Assembly: GCA_951406725.2 (NCBI GenBank) | Contig: OX597815.1 | Span: 119,164,001-119,228,000 of the forward strand | DNA length: 64,000 nt | Origin: Octopus vulgaris | Lineage: Eukaryota | Reading direction: 5' to 3' | Part shown: in pieces, positions 27,461 to 41,620 of the stretch | How the letters are laid out: each line of letters begins with the position of its first letter | Position numbering within the stretch: position 1 is the first letter of the stretch | Translations under genes and position numbers: made by a program | Notes under the pieces: generated by a model | Database searches by the model: none | Told to the model about the DNA's origin: nothing | Seen by the model: the letters and a program-made list of their open reading frames with translations, nothing else

Positions 27461-27770
27461 AGTTTAGATCTAAATAACATTTTTATTTTAAAAGCAAAAT
27501 ATATTTATCTTAGCTTCAATGATAGAAGAAAGCATGAAGAATTTCATAGTTTTGATCCCATGCAACAAAAATTTCTATCAAAAAAGTTGTGAGGTAAAAA
27601 TATCATGAAAAAAATATAAGTAAGGCAAAAAATTAGATTTAAGTATAATTAACTTTTTTATTTTGAAAACAAACTATATTTTAATTAAACTTTAAAAATA
27701 GAGCTCAATTCGAGGAATTTCCTGGTATCAATCTCATGCAAGGAAGTTTTAAAAGAAAAACATTATGAGC
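27461..27770. repeat. Diverged ~170-bp direct duplication, possibly DNA-transposon subterminal repeats
   Basis: 27461-27593 aligns loosely with 27631-27770 (TTAGAT...TTTTATTTT.AAA.CAAA.TATATTT...GAATTTC...ATC.CATGCAA...T.TGAG). Confidence 0.45.
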
Positions 27771-27955
27771 GTTTGTTTCTCAAATTTCAGAGAGATAATA
27801 TAGTTCTATACTTTTTTATGAATATAGTTCTACAGGACTTTTAATGTGTATCTCCGGCATCATTGAGGTAAGGAAAAAATTATCAACGACACCACTAATT
27901 GACACATTTGACATATTATTAATTAGCATAATAGCATAGCCTGGAAGAAACATGG

Positions 27956-28756
27956 ATTACATGGAAAAATGCAAGCAAGAGAAATAATATTCTGTACTGG
28001 GAAAGTACAAGACAAGTTATTATACTTGGAAAAGTTCAGGATAAGTTATTACATCTAGTAAAATACAGAACAAGGAAATTTTTACGTAAAATATTGCAGC
28101 TAAGGATCAAAATAAATATAAGAGAGTGGTCACTATATTGATCACTCTAGCACCAGTTAATCCAAAAGGTTTCAACCACGAAAAATACATGTTTCCCATG
28201 AAAGCCGGTACGACTGTTAGCTCACACGGACAGGGCAAATAAAAAATAACAAAAATACAGATTATTTTGGGACAATTGTTTCGCTATTAATGAATTAAAT
28301 GTAATATTACTTACAGTAATCCATTTGTAGCTCTGCAGCCAAGACTATCTGGATGAAATCCACTCAATCACACGCCAGATTTTACCATAACGATAAATAC
28401 GCGTGCGGTTCAATTGATTACATCGGACGTTATAATTCGGCGCGCAGCTAAGGATCAAATATTTTAATTGAGTTATTTTATATTTTTGATAGAAGTCACA
28501 AGTAATAACAAATAGAAGTGATAACTTGTAATAACATTTTTAACTTTAATAAAAGCTAATATTTTCTAAATCTAAATATCTTATTTGAAATTTTATCCTT
28601 AGCTGCAATATTTTAAGTATAAATTTTCTTGTTCTGTACTTTAACAGATGTAATAACTTGTCCCGAACTTTTCCAATTGTAATAACTTGTCCTGTACTTT
28701 TCCATATTTATAATCTTAAGAATATTATTTCTCTTGCTTGCATTTTTTCATATAAT
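27956..28756. mobile_element. Foldback-type non-autonomous element with ~155-bp TIRs
   Basis: 27956-28113 is the reverse complement of 28588-28756 (ATGGAAAAATGCAAGCAAGAGAAATAATATTCT...AAAATATTGCAGCTAAGGAT). Confidence 0.8.
28267..28342 (-). ncRNA. Type I hammerhead ribozyme motif (A6C core variant)
   Basis: Minus: TTGG-CTGCAGA-GCTA..long stem II..TAGC-GAA-ACAATTGT-C-CCAA; stem I TTGG/CCAA, palindromic stem III, GUC cleavage triplet. Confidence 0.75.
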
Positions 28757-31243
28757 TAACACTATTACACTGTAGAGATGTTCTGGAAAAGTATGAATTT
28801 AACTCTTCAGAAATCTTATTGATCCTGATACTAAGAATATTTTAGTTGAATAGTTGAATCAAAAACTTTTTTCAATTTACATCTTACAAAACATGTTAGT
28901 TTAATATTTTTGAACATATGAAATTTCCATTCTAACACTATATGTTATTGATTTATATATATATAGTGTATGTGTTTGTATGTATATATTTATAGACACA
29001 CATATGCACATACACATACATATGCACATACGCATATATATGCACATACATACACACATATATGTATTCCATTATATCAGATTATATTACATGAATAAGA
29101 AAAAAAGCAAACTATTCTTTAGGTAAATATGCAAATTGGATTAACCCAAAATCACAATAGTTAGCAAATATAAAAGTGACATTGCTATACTTTTGTTGGA
29201 TTAATTAATGATCTCTTTGTTTACCTGATGCTTTTGTGCTTTTGTTAAAAAAATATACCAGTCAAGTACTGGGATCAATGCAATTGACTACTCCTCACAC
29301 TCACTCTCTCTTTCTCTCTTTCTCTCATCTCAAAATCGTTGGCCTTCTGCCTATATTAAAAACAGTATTATTGTTGATTTAATGTTTTAGCAATTTATTT
29401 TTGTTGAGTATCTAAATGTTACAAATAAGTAAATTATATAACTTTAATGCATATAATATGCTTGCTTTCTCTGTGATATATGCATCTTACGAACATTTTG
29501 TTATATATGGAATGTAATTACGGCTTTGAGAAAAAGCGACTAAGGTTGTTATGCATATGTCACATGGAATTTGATATAATCTGCTGTGTGTGAGTGTAAA
29601 ACTATTTAGTCTTGCTGTGTAGATTGTTTTGATGTGATCAGTAACGGGACTATCACAATATCCTTTCTCTTTAGACTCACTTTAGGCCCAGTATACACAA
29701 GTTACATGATCTCTGGTTGTCTCCTGAAGAGAGTTACATACTTTCTCTCTTCCCATGTTGTAAACATTCTATTGTTCTTGTATAGACCCCCTGGCCAGTC
29801 TTGATCGAACGAACCAATGATCAAAGGTATTCCAGCTGTGGCTGTCCCACTCTTGTTAAGATATTGTGTATTGGAGACTATAATACCCAAAGTGTATTGC
29901 TTTTATTTTATTTTCTGATTTCATTTTAATTATTTATTTACTTATTTTTTTTAACTGGTAGGGTATGATCTGAAGTGGATTTGACTGCTATTTCCTGCAG
30001 GCCAAGTGTATACACAGATGATTCTGCTTTGTCTCTGTAAGATTCTGTTATGGACACATGTTGCGTAAACGTGAAATTAACCATAATTGCTTTTGAGTCA
30101 ATGCAGCAATATATTCTGTCATTAACACAAAGCTATGTTGAACCTGAATAAAATGTAAGGAAAATTGAAATCATAATTCCATTGCTGATCACATGATCTT
30201 AATAATGTGGGTTTTAACATAAAACAAGTTTTTAGAGAGAGAGAGACTATGTTTGAATTTTATTTTACTATGAGTAACAAAGGTTCATCAGGCTGCCTTT
30301 TTCTTTTAGGTCAAGATTCATTACTGTTGAGAGGTAATGAGTAAAGTTTTGCCCAGACAGACAGACTGGGTTTAATCTATTATTCATTTATTCTTTTATT
30401 TGTTTCAGTCATTTGATTGCGGCCATGCTGGAGCGCTGCTTTTAGTCGAACAAATCAACCACAGGGCTTATTCTTTGTAAGCCTAGTACTTATTCTATCA
30501 GTCTCTTTTGCCAAACTTCTAAGTTATAGGGATGTAAACATATCAATATTAGTTGTCAAGTGATGGTAGGGGACAAACAGAAATACACACACATACATAT
30601 ACACACACACACACACACACAAGGCTTTGGTTGGACTAGGCTATTGTAGAAGACACTTGCCCAAGTTGCCACACAGTGAGATGAGAACCTGGAACCATGT
30701 GGTTGGTAAGCAAGCTACTTACCACACAGCCACTCCTTCACCATTCCAGCATAGTCAATTCTAGTACCACCTGACTAGCTCTCATACCGGTGGCACAAAA
30801 AAAACAGTCACTAAGTGGTTGGTGTTAGGAAGGGCATCCACCTGTAGAAACTTTTGCCAGATCAGATTGGAGCCTGGTGCAACCTTTTGGCTTGCCAGCC
30901 CAGTCAAACCGTCCAACCCATGCCAGCATGAAAAGTGGATGGTAAATGATGATGATAATGATGATGATAAGAAGGACTTAAAAGTTGGGAAAAGGGTTTT
31001 GTAAGGGATTATAATACTTTCCATGTATAAGAAATTCCTTTTTTCTTTTTAAACCTAATTTTTGACAAAAATAGGTTCCTTATACACGTTAAAACACAGT
31101 ATTTTATCGTCCCTCAAAAGGATGAACAGCAAAGTTGATCTTTGCAGAATTTGAACTCAGACTGCAAAGGTGGGTGAAATATTGCTAAACATGTGGTGTG
31201 CTAATGTTTATGCCAGCTCACTGCCTTACGCTTTGTCAAGAAT

Positions 31244-31461
31244 ATCCTTTTCTACTCTAGGTACAAGACCTAAAATTTTGGGGGAGGAGGTCAGTTGATT
31301 AGATCAATCCCATTACGCAACTAGTACTTAATTTATCGACCCCGAAAAGATGAAAAGCAAAGTCAACCTCAGGGGAATTTGAACTCAGAACGTAAAGACA
31401 GACGAAATACCGCTAAGCATTTTGCCTGGTGTGCTAATGTTTCTGCCAGCTCACCACCTTT
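31244..31461 (-). mobile_element. SINE family D with Meta-like central domain
   Basis: Rc of GGTGAGCTGGCAGAAAC...TTCTGAGTTCAAATTCC...TTTCATCTTTTCGGGGTCGATAAATTAAGTAC. Other copies 31105-31230(-), 33182-33390, 44711-44930, 51300-51465, 54710-55155, 59065-59168, 59925-60127 (the last with a 15-bp TSD ATTAATATCAGATAT). Confidence 0.8.
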
Positions 31462-33919
31462 AACACAGTAAATATTAACACCTCTATGTGCAAAAAGTTC
31501 ATTTCACAACCACATGGATTTAGGTTCATTTCTACTGTGTGACACCTTGGGCAAATGTATGCTCCTGTTTCCTCTTGAGTGTGAAATTTGTAGAGAGAAA
31601 TATATATGTATTTGTGTTTTAGTATGTGTATTTTTGTGTAAGTAGTCATTTCTGCTTCTTACATGGTATCATCTGAAAGAAAGAAATTATATCATGTTTA
31701 CATCTCTAGTGAACATTATGTTCTATAGTTTTGTGCCCTTGAAAGAGTGAAATAAAACCAAACTTACTTATAAACAGAAAAGGGTTGGCAACAAGACGGG
31801 TATCCAGATGTAAAAATAAAATGAGTGTGTCCAGTCTATGCCAATATAAGAAAATCAATGTAAAACAAAGGAATAAATGATTAGTGACTTAATGGTCCAA
31901 TACTGTCTTCTTTTGGTACTTTCACCTCTACAGTTTGCTATAAATAACATTGCTATGTTTGGCTTTTAAAATTTCAACTTCTTATATGAAAGAATAACCT
32001 TTCTACATCCTTGTAAAACATTACTAGTTATTAGTTATTTCATTTAAGATAGCTCACAACAGTGACCTGATCTGTTTTAATAGTATTTTAAGTCCCAGGA
32101 CAGAGTAAAGCATTGGGAGCCTCTACATATACAACCACAGTATACATGAATTAGTATTGGGCCCCAAAATATGTAGGACCATTGGTCAACTTCCCAGCAT
32201 GCTCCAGTTTAGCAACAATGAATCCATCTTTCTATAAAATATTTGTGTTTCTTAATTATATAAATATACAAATTTATATAAAGATCTAACCAATTTTGCC
32301 AATGATAAAAAAATGTTAATTTTTCTCTTCAGAATAGGATGTTTGTGTGTGTGTACACACGTGCATGCATGCATATGCCAATAATAAATTAGTGTCATAA
32401 AAATCAAACCAGCTATTAGAAATTGTCTGCTGCTAACTAGAATTGAACCTTGTATCCTTTCTTTTACTATTTTTTGGAGTCAAACATTTTTCTGTTGTAA
32501 AAGATAGTGTTCTTGTTAACAGTACAAATAGTAAAAGTCTTGTTCTAGGATGAAATCAATTCCATGTAATGGTTTGTACAGCTATGTTTAAAGAAATATT
32601 TTGTCTTATAATCCCTATACTTTATAAATCTATGCTTTATAATTTATATTTTATAAATTTTTACTTTATATTTTATACTTTATAAATTTATACTAATATG
32701 CTCTGCAAATCCCCAATCCTTGTTTTATTTTCTCCAATCTAAGAAGAGCTTAAAATGTATAACTTCAAGTAATTTTGGTTATTTTAAATTAAAGCCAATT
32801 TGACTTTTTCACTTGTGTGTTGCAGTTAAATAGAGGTAAACTGCTATTGTTAGCATAAAGTGAACTGGCATTTGCTACTTAGAAAACTCTGAAGTGAATT
32901 GACATTTTTCTTTAATGAAACATAAATGTTGTAGGGTCTTTTTATTTATTTATTTATTATTATTGTTGTTGTTGTTGCTGTCATTTCACTTCTCAGTGCT
33001 CTCAATTTCATTTGCCCTGACTAATTCTGAAGAGCAGACAACCCCTTGTTAAGGGTCTCACAGGAGTCTTCTTCGATGATACTTAACATCCAAATACCTG
33101 TTTCAAAATCCTTTTTCTCCCCAATAAAGCAGTTTTCTGAGCATCTTCTACTATCATCATCATCATCATCCTTATTATTAAGGTGACAAACTAGCTGAAT
33201 TGTTAGCATGCCATGCAAAATGTATACTGGCATTTTGTCTATCTTTACATTCTGAGTTCAAATTTCATCAAGGTTGACTTTGCCTTTCATCCTTTCAGCG
33301 GCCAATGTAATCAACTTAGCCCCCACCTCCACTTTCTGAAATATGCTGGCCTTTTGCCAAAATTTGAAACCATTATTATTATTATTATATATATTTTTTA
33401 TTATTTCCTTTCTTTTTTGATAAATGTTTCATGACATCGGCTCTCGATTTTATTTAATTTTTTTTTAGATCAACCCTTTCATAAGTAGAAACCTTTAATT
33501 TCCTGAACTAAGTAAACCAATTCAATGTGATTTTACAGCAGTTATGGGAAGAAAGAGTACAAAATATGTTTTTTACCTTTTATTCATGCAAATCAGTTTT
33601 GTTCACACTTGCTTTTCTTAATTAATTAATAGCTGTAATGTCTTAGCTCTTTCCCAAATGAAGATAGGAGTGTCAGTGTTTAAGAACCATCATGTAAGGA
33701 AAATTATCAATCCTTGTGTCTGAGTAGGCAAACCAACATACATCTCAGTGTTGTTAGTCCAATTTGTTGACAGATAAGCTAAATAATAGCTTCTGTTGTC
33801 AATAAGAATTCAGTCAGCTCACTGCTGGATACGTTCTCTTACTGAGCATTTCATCATCAGTATTTTGGAATGTTCAATAACTTCAGTTCAAAACATGTAT
33901 TATCACAACCTTATAAATA

Positions 33920-34303
33920 TTGTGGCACTCCGTCGGTTACAACGAGGAGGGTTCCAGTTGATCTGATCAACAGAACAGCTTGCTTGTGAAATTAACATGC
34001 AAGGGGCTGAGCGCTTCAGAGACATGTGTACCCTTAATGTAGTTCTCGGGGAGATTCTGCATGACACAGAGTGTGACAAGGCTGGCCCTTTGAAATACAG
34101 GTACAACAGAAACAGGAAGAAAGAGTGAAAGAAAGTTGTAGTGAAAGAGTACAGCAGGGTTCGTCACCACCCCCTGCCGGAGCTTCATTGAGCGTTAGAT
34201 GTTTTCACTCAATAAACACTCACAACACCTGGTCTGAGAATTGAAACCGCAATCCTATGACCACGAGTCCGCTGCCCTAACCACTGGGCCATTGTGCCTC
34301 CAC
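33920..34303 (-). mobile_element. tRNA-headed SINE family E
   Basis: Rc head GTGGAGGCACAATGGCCCAGTGGTTAGGGCAGCGG...GGTTTCAATTC with A/B-box-like motifs; related copy 47880-48137(-). Confidence 0.75.
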
Positions 34304-36743
34304 CTTATAAATATAATAAAATTAGAAAACTGAAATAAAATGAAGAAAACTGAAATAAAATGATGAAACATGTGCATCATTAGTCATTGATTGAAGCAAG
34401 TTCTGTATGTTGTTTGTATAAAGTGTGTTGATTATCAAAACAGAAAAAATATATAAATCTGGTTTGTGTTGGTCTGAATCTCTGTTTATATTTTCCACCA
34501 ATTCCAAAAGTTGTGTCACAATTCTCACTTATATTTCTCTGTGACTTTGTTTCAAAAAGTGATCCACAATCTTTATATGTATGCATATGTGCGTGTGTGT
34601 GTCTGTCTGTTTGTTTGCTGATTTAGTTTGTATGTAAGTGTGACATGAAATAAGATTGCAAGCGGATATTCAAACATGAAGCTATTCCGTCTTACACATT
34701 CTGTGACTGGAGGCAAGGCTAAGATAAGAAATATCTTCTGTTTATTATATGAATTATTCAAATTATTATTGTTAGATATGTTTTATCAGTTTTTGCTTGT
34801 TTTTTAACCTGCAACACTTCAAGCTTAGGCCTAATTCAAACACATCTTTCATCCTGCGGCTTCTTTCTGTCTTTTATGGTACAACAAAAAGAAAGAAAGA
34901 AAAATTACTGTTTCATATATTATTAGAACTCCCTTCAAAGTAAAATTTAGAAATTGACCTCTCTAATAAAAACAAAAAGTAATACCATTCTACAATTGAA
35001 GAAATCATCAGCATCATTATTCAATGCCCATTTTCCATCATACATTAAGTCTTAAAGTATGAGAAATTTGATAATTGCTTCTTATTATATTTCAGTTGGT
35101 AAAATGTATACCAGTCAACTACAAGGGGATGGGGATTAAATCGATTTTAGCCTCACCAAAATTTGTTTCAGTCATTTAAGATAAACTGAATGTTTCTTAT
35201 AGAGAGAACTATTTCAATTATCATTGGTATCACAATTGCTTCCTTCATTCTTAATAATTCATGATCTCTAGATAAGTACCTGTCAGTTTTCTGGAATCCT
35301 TATGGCAATTATTTTAATTATCAGGTATACCAGTGTCAATTATGAAATATTCATTAACTTCATTGTCTAAACCACAGTGTCAATACTTCAATGTTCTGTA
35401 CAACACCATCCTGTTGAAATGTCAAAATTTCTTCAATTTTTTTTAATACTTTGCAGTGATTGAAATTTAAGGTTCAGTTTGGATCAGTTTAAAATTGATA
35501 AAACTTGAATGTTGTTTTTGAATTGAAATAGTTGAAAATTTGAAACTAGAATTTACACTCTAATCAAAATCCAATAAATAGCAAATTTGAGAATGAATCA
35601 ATAACATTTTTTTTCTTTTAATTGAAATTTGATTTGAGTTCAAGTTTAAATGTCACATTTTCACATCCTCATTCACTTGATTGCAGTTTAGAAAAGTACT
35701 TCAGTTTATTAATTTCAAATTTTAAACAAGAAAAACAAAATTTTAAATAAAATTTCCCCTACCTAATTTCCCAGATCCTATTCATCTTTTTCAGATTTGA
35801 AGTTAACACTACTTAATAGAAAGTTGGACTCTTTAGAAAAGCATAAATGCTATAAATTTTCACTTTTTCTGCTATAAATATCAGGTTTTGAGTATATCTA
35901 ATAAATATATCATTATGAATACTAAGGATGAGATGAGAGGGTAAATAACTAAATTTAAAATATTTAGCTTCTGAGTTCAAATTTCTCTCTAGTGTTGATA
36001 AATATGTACATGTATGTACATATTTATAACTCCAACTTTTCTTATTAATTTTTGATATTGTGTCAATGTAAAAAAAAAAGTCTTTAATTATACTTAAATA
36101 TTTTAGTACAAAGTTTTTTAATTGTTTATGATTCAAGTATATAAATATACCACATATTCAAAGGAAAAAAAAATGCTTGCAATTACTTACAACATTAATA
36201 GCACACACTGATAATAAAGAACAAAGAGCAAAATGATCCACAAATATTTTTAAGATAACCCAGACCCAAACAAGGTACAATACTAGTGTAAAAACAATAT
36301 TCATCATAGAATATACCAATACTTCCTGGACATCTGCTTATCTTTTCAGAAATAAATCTCACTGAACTAAACATGAACATTTCATTGTCTCACACTGAGC
36401 AGAGACCATCTGCAAAAAGAAGTCCTCAAGATAAAAGACATAGTGGGTGGGTGCTATTGATTCTATGGGAAACTCATCATCATCGTTGTCATTATTGTCT
36501 AACATCCATTTTCTGTGCTGACATTGGTTGGACAGTTTGACAGAAGCTGTCAAGCTGAAGAGCTGCACCAGGCTCTAATTTGACATGGTTTCTGTGGTTA
36601 GATGCCCATTCTAATGCCAACCACTCAATTACCTATATTCCTTGTCATTACACATTTAGTACATCTCTATACTGTACCGCAACAGAATAACGAATACTAC
36701 CCCACCTATTCAGTCTACATATACAAAATACAAAAAACATATA

Positions 36744-36933
36744 CCATATTTGAGGCATAAGAGATGCATGGGCATCTTAGACACACCCCAATGTCACCAG
36801 TGCATATTCAGGAAAATAGGTTTTTAGTACATTAAAGCATGTAATATAGGCCCAGTTACACGTATAGGACCGGAGGTCATTTTTTAAGATATATTTTTTG
36901 AAAAATATGTGTCTTATGTGCTATCAAATGCAG
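36744..36933. mobile_element. Tigger/pogo-like ~190-200-bp MITE
   Basis: Termini resemble CYRTATTTGATGG / CCATCAAATACAG; sister copies 44163-44352 (TA TSD), 49393-49596 (inverted) and 55708-55905 (TA TSD). Confidence 0.75.
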
Positions 36934-38199
36934 TGCATACAAAAATAGCCACAGTATCATTAATCATATTAAAATCAAACAAAAACTGTGCTGAAATGAA
37001 TACCATCAGAGGTAGGTGCAAAAGAATATCAACTATTGCACTCAGACCATGTATACCCTTTCCTCCACCTTTGTAGCCTCTGTCTAAACTTATATGTTGG
37101 ATTGTGGAGGAAATATGTGTTGGGAGTATCGTTCTCAATTAAACAGATTTTTGGTGTCTCTGAAGTGCAAGATCTATAGATTGCATACTGTTCTTTCACC
37201 AGCTACCTCAATGGTTTTGGTATATTCAATCAGAGCTAACCAGGCCTTAACAGCCACATTAACTAAGGAAAAATAGGTCATCGTTTAACAGAACTAAAAT
37301 TGACCCTCAAGCCAAATATTTTCCTTGAAGCCATATCTGTCAGTCCTTTGAATGGTAAAGTGAAAGTAAATATAAAAAAGATCCTCTGTTTTTAAGCTAT
37401 ATCAAATTCTTTGAAGAAATGAATCAACTTTTTGCTTTGTTTCTTTGTTTTTTGTTAATTTGTTTTGTTTTGTTTTTTTCACCAAAGATCTTCTGGACGA
37501 TCTCTATGCCAAAACCCCAAGATTGAACTGGCTTAATATTATTAAAAACAAAAATAAAACTTTTGGTGCATTGAAGTATGCTTAACTGAACTTTTATAAG
37601 CATGTATAAAACATTGAGAAGTGTGTGGATACTTTTTTTTTTCCTATCTGCAATCATTGGTGTGCAACAATAACTATTTAAATATGCACCTTCCAAGAAT
37701 GACCTCACACACTACTTTGGTTGCTTCTCACTAACTACACATCATTACTGGCATACACACTTTTTGAAGCGAGATGCACATGCATGCACCAATATGCACA
37801 CACTTTTAATATCATAAGCAGCTAGTTATGCATTTCTCATTCTCCTTCTCTCTCTGTTTCTTTCTCTTTCTTTCTTTCTCTCACAAGCATACACATATAC
37901 CCATATGCACATGCATATGTACATACATACATACATACACATTGATCTGATGGTCAGAATTTATACAACAACAACCAGATACGTTCATATACGCGTGAGC
38001 ACAGGTGCACATGCCTACTGACAAATCTTGACAATGCAAAAACTGTGCATAAACCATCGTAATGAAGGAAAATCAATAACATCCATTCTATGTTCTATAC
38101 CAGCATACAATCGATATACACCCACCGCCACCACCAATTCTACACACAGTCTTGTAGCAATGTAAAATCAATAGACTTATTTTGTTACACAAATACACG

Positions 38200-38800
38200 A
38201 TGTCCACAATACTACTACCACTACCACCACTGTTGTTGCTGCTGCTGCTACTACTACAACTACTACTACTACTACAACAACAACAACAACTACTACTACT
38301 ACTACTACTACAGTTATGACCACTACTATTGCCAATATCACTACTACAATGCTTATTATCTCTACCACCCTGATAACATTGGCAAATATTACCACCACTA
38401 CCACTGCTTCAAGAATAACAACAAGAATGATATAATAATAAAAATAATAACAATAATAATAATAATAATAATAATAATGTTATTACCCTTAATATTATAG
38501 CTATAACCTTTACTCTTGCCATTATCACTACCACAATGCTTATTACAGCTACCACCATCTCTATCACCACTGCTACTACTGCTGCTTCTACTACTACTAC
38601 TACTACTACTATTACTACTACTACTACAATGACTACTACTACTACTACTACTATCTTTCACTGCTGTTACCCTTACTACTATATCTACAGCCACTGCCAT
38701 GATCATTGTTACAGCAGTTATCTCTTCTGCTGTCTCATACCTACCACAGTGGCAAATATTGCTACCACTTACCACCACTACGCTTCCTGTTAGCCCACGT
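38200..38800. repeat. Mixed trinucleotide microsatellite (ACT/AAC/AAT/GCT)
   Basis: Directly visible. Confidence 0.9.
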
Positions 38801-38939
38801 AATAGTTGCTATAACTACCTCTAATTTCATCACTCCTGCCGCTACAGCAATAGTAATCAGTGTTAACAGAATTATAACATACCTCTGTGACTACCACCTT
38901 AACCACTGAGCACCATTATCTTACCACTGCTGCTGTTGC

Positions 38940-41620
38940 CAATACCACTGTTGCTTATACTAAGACATATGTTATCCCAAGAGACAAATAGCTTCCACCT
39001 AAGTACTTCTACTAAGTTAGATGTTACCCCACCTCTACTGCCATTGTTTCTACTGAAATGTATGTTAGCCCTCCACTACATTTGTTATTTCTACAGAGGC
39101 ATGTAACCCCTCTAATGATGTTATTCTATTGACATATATGTTATCCCTCCATATTATTTCTATTACTATTGTTGCTACATGAGCAAATTTTATCCCCACA
39201 GAAACTGATATTCAGCTGAGAGAAATACTATCCTACTACTATTATTAATGCTTCTACTGAGACATGTTACCCCACCACTGTTACTCTTGCTTCTACTAAT
39301 ACATGTTACCCCATTATTTTAGCTTGTGCTTAGTCAAATATTTCCCCACAACTTCTTTACTACTATTGTTTCTGCTAAGACTTGTGTTACTCCTCCCCTA
39401 AAACTGTTATTTCTACAGACGCATGATACTCCCACTAGTGCTATCATCATACCATTGTTGTTTCTAGTGAGGCACATGTTACCCCTTCGCTATTATTTCT
39501 ATGACTATTGTGTCTACATGAGGCAAATATTACCCCACACACACCCACACAACTTGTTATTCAATTGAAAACCATTACTATGATTATTTTTACTAAGACA
39601 TGTTACCCCACTACTACCACTGTTGCTTCTACAGAAGCATTGTTATCCCATCATTAGTTTTCCTTGCACTGAATTAAATATTTTTACCTGCCACTATCAC
39701 TGTTGTTTCTATTGAGACATATGTTACTCCTCAACTATAATTGTTATTTCTATAGAGGTATGTTACCCCTACCAGTAACACCATTGTCTTTGTTGAGATG
39801 TTACTCTACTACTACTACTACTATAACAAATGCTATACCCACTACAATTTGTCATTCTGTTGAGAGAAATGTTATCCCACTACTTCTGCAATTATTTCCA
39901 TAGAAGCATGTTACCCCATGTCAGCCATTGTAATTTTTGCTTGTACTGAGTCAAATATTCCTCCACAACTCTACCTCTGTTGCTTTTACTGAGACATATG
40001 TTATTTCTCCTCCACAACTGTTATTTCCTACAGAGGTATATTACCCCCACTATTGCTTTTATTACACCTACTTACATCAATTTTACCTCCACCACTACCA
40101 CTGTTGTCTCTACTGAGACATATGTTACCCCTCCCCTACTAGTTTAGTTTCTAGTGAGATGAATGTTACTTTACTACTACTACTGAGACAAATGTTACCC
40201 CACCACAATTTGTTATCCTACTGAGAGAAATATTACTCCACCACTATTGCAGTTACTTCAGATGAAACTTAACCCCACCATTATTTTTGCTTCTATTGAG
40301 TCAAATGTTAACCCTTCATTACTACTATTGTTTTGACTGAGACAGATATTACCCTACCACTACTACACTGCTGCAACAAATGTTACTCCATTTCAACTAC
40401 TCTACTACTGAGATAAATGTTAGCCCACCTCTGTTACTGTTACTTCCACTGTTGCATATGTTACCCCATCAGCATTACTTTTAGCTTAATTAAGGCTAAT
40501 TTTACCCATCACTACTATTAAAGCCTGTACTGAGACATGTTATCCCATTCCAACCACAATCATCTTTGTTGCTTCTTTGGAGGCAAAGGTTACCCTCTCA
40601 CTGCTACTTTTTCTACTGAGTGGTGTATCAGGTTATCCTATCTCTGCTATTTTTGATTTCTCATGAGGCAAATGTTACCCTGCCACAACTACTACTGTTA
40701 TGTATGCAGAGATATGTACCCCACCAATATGACTGTTGTTCTACTGAGACATGTTACACAATCACTACTGTTACTAGTTCTATTGAGACAAATGTTACCC
40801 CACCACTGCCACTGATTGAGTAGATCTACAACCAAAGGCGTTCCATCTGTGACTGTCCCATTTTTTCCCTATGTGCAGGGATCCCAAAACCACATTACAC
40901 CATGTGTCCTTTTGCAAGGCAGTACAGAATAATTCAACGATTTGAATGGTATTTCTAGCAAGTCAGACAGCCACTTAAAGGTTTCTTTGTTTTCTCAATA
41001 TTACTAAAGTACTTTCTGGAAATAAATATACCATGGAACTGAAATAATAGTATTGGAATAATAGTATTAGAAATAAATGCAGCAGCACTCTGGTAGACAT
41101 TAAACAGAAATTCTATATTGGTACTGTGCTACAGTTCCATATGGTAGTGACTTTAATAGTAATGTTTACGTCAAGTAATAACAATAGCATTGTAGACATG
41201 CAAATGAAGGCCCCTTTACAGGGACAGTCAAACTGTTTGAAATAGCAACCACGTCTCTTTTAAATCAGACCCTGCTATCTAAAATTGAGAAAGGACACTT
41301 TAGATAATATAGTCCTAGATAAACTGTTTGAATAAAATACAGGATGGTCATGACTGGAATTCTTTTGGTCACAAATCTTCTGTTCTCTGGTTAAACAACA
41401 ACAACAGTCAAAGTACTGAGACATTTTACCCCAACACTACTACTGTTACTTCTACTGAGACATGTTATCCCACTACTGCTATTGTTTCTATTCAGAAATG
41501 TTATCCCACTACTACTATTGCTTCTACTCAGACATGTTACCCCACCACTAATATTGCTTTTAGTGAGACATGTTACCCCATCACTACAACTGTTGCTTCT
41601 GCTGTGATGTTGCCCCACCC
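38940..41620. repeat. Degenerate minisatellite, ~36-45-bp monomer with core TTCTACTGAGACATGTTACCCC
   Basis: Dozens of monomers at 38940-40820, resuming at 41415-41620. Confidence 0.85.

Noticed and set aside
36914-37276. Possible LINE RT remnant (LDRGYKGGGKGI versus LY.PR..GGRGL)
   Set aside because: Single weak motif without supporting neighbouring motifs
38940-41620. CRISPR-like array (conserved core plus variable spacers)
   Set aside because: Cores are degenerate, spacers are related low-complexity (ACT)-like sequence, there are no cas genes, and the context is eukaryotic
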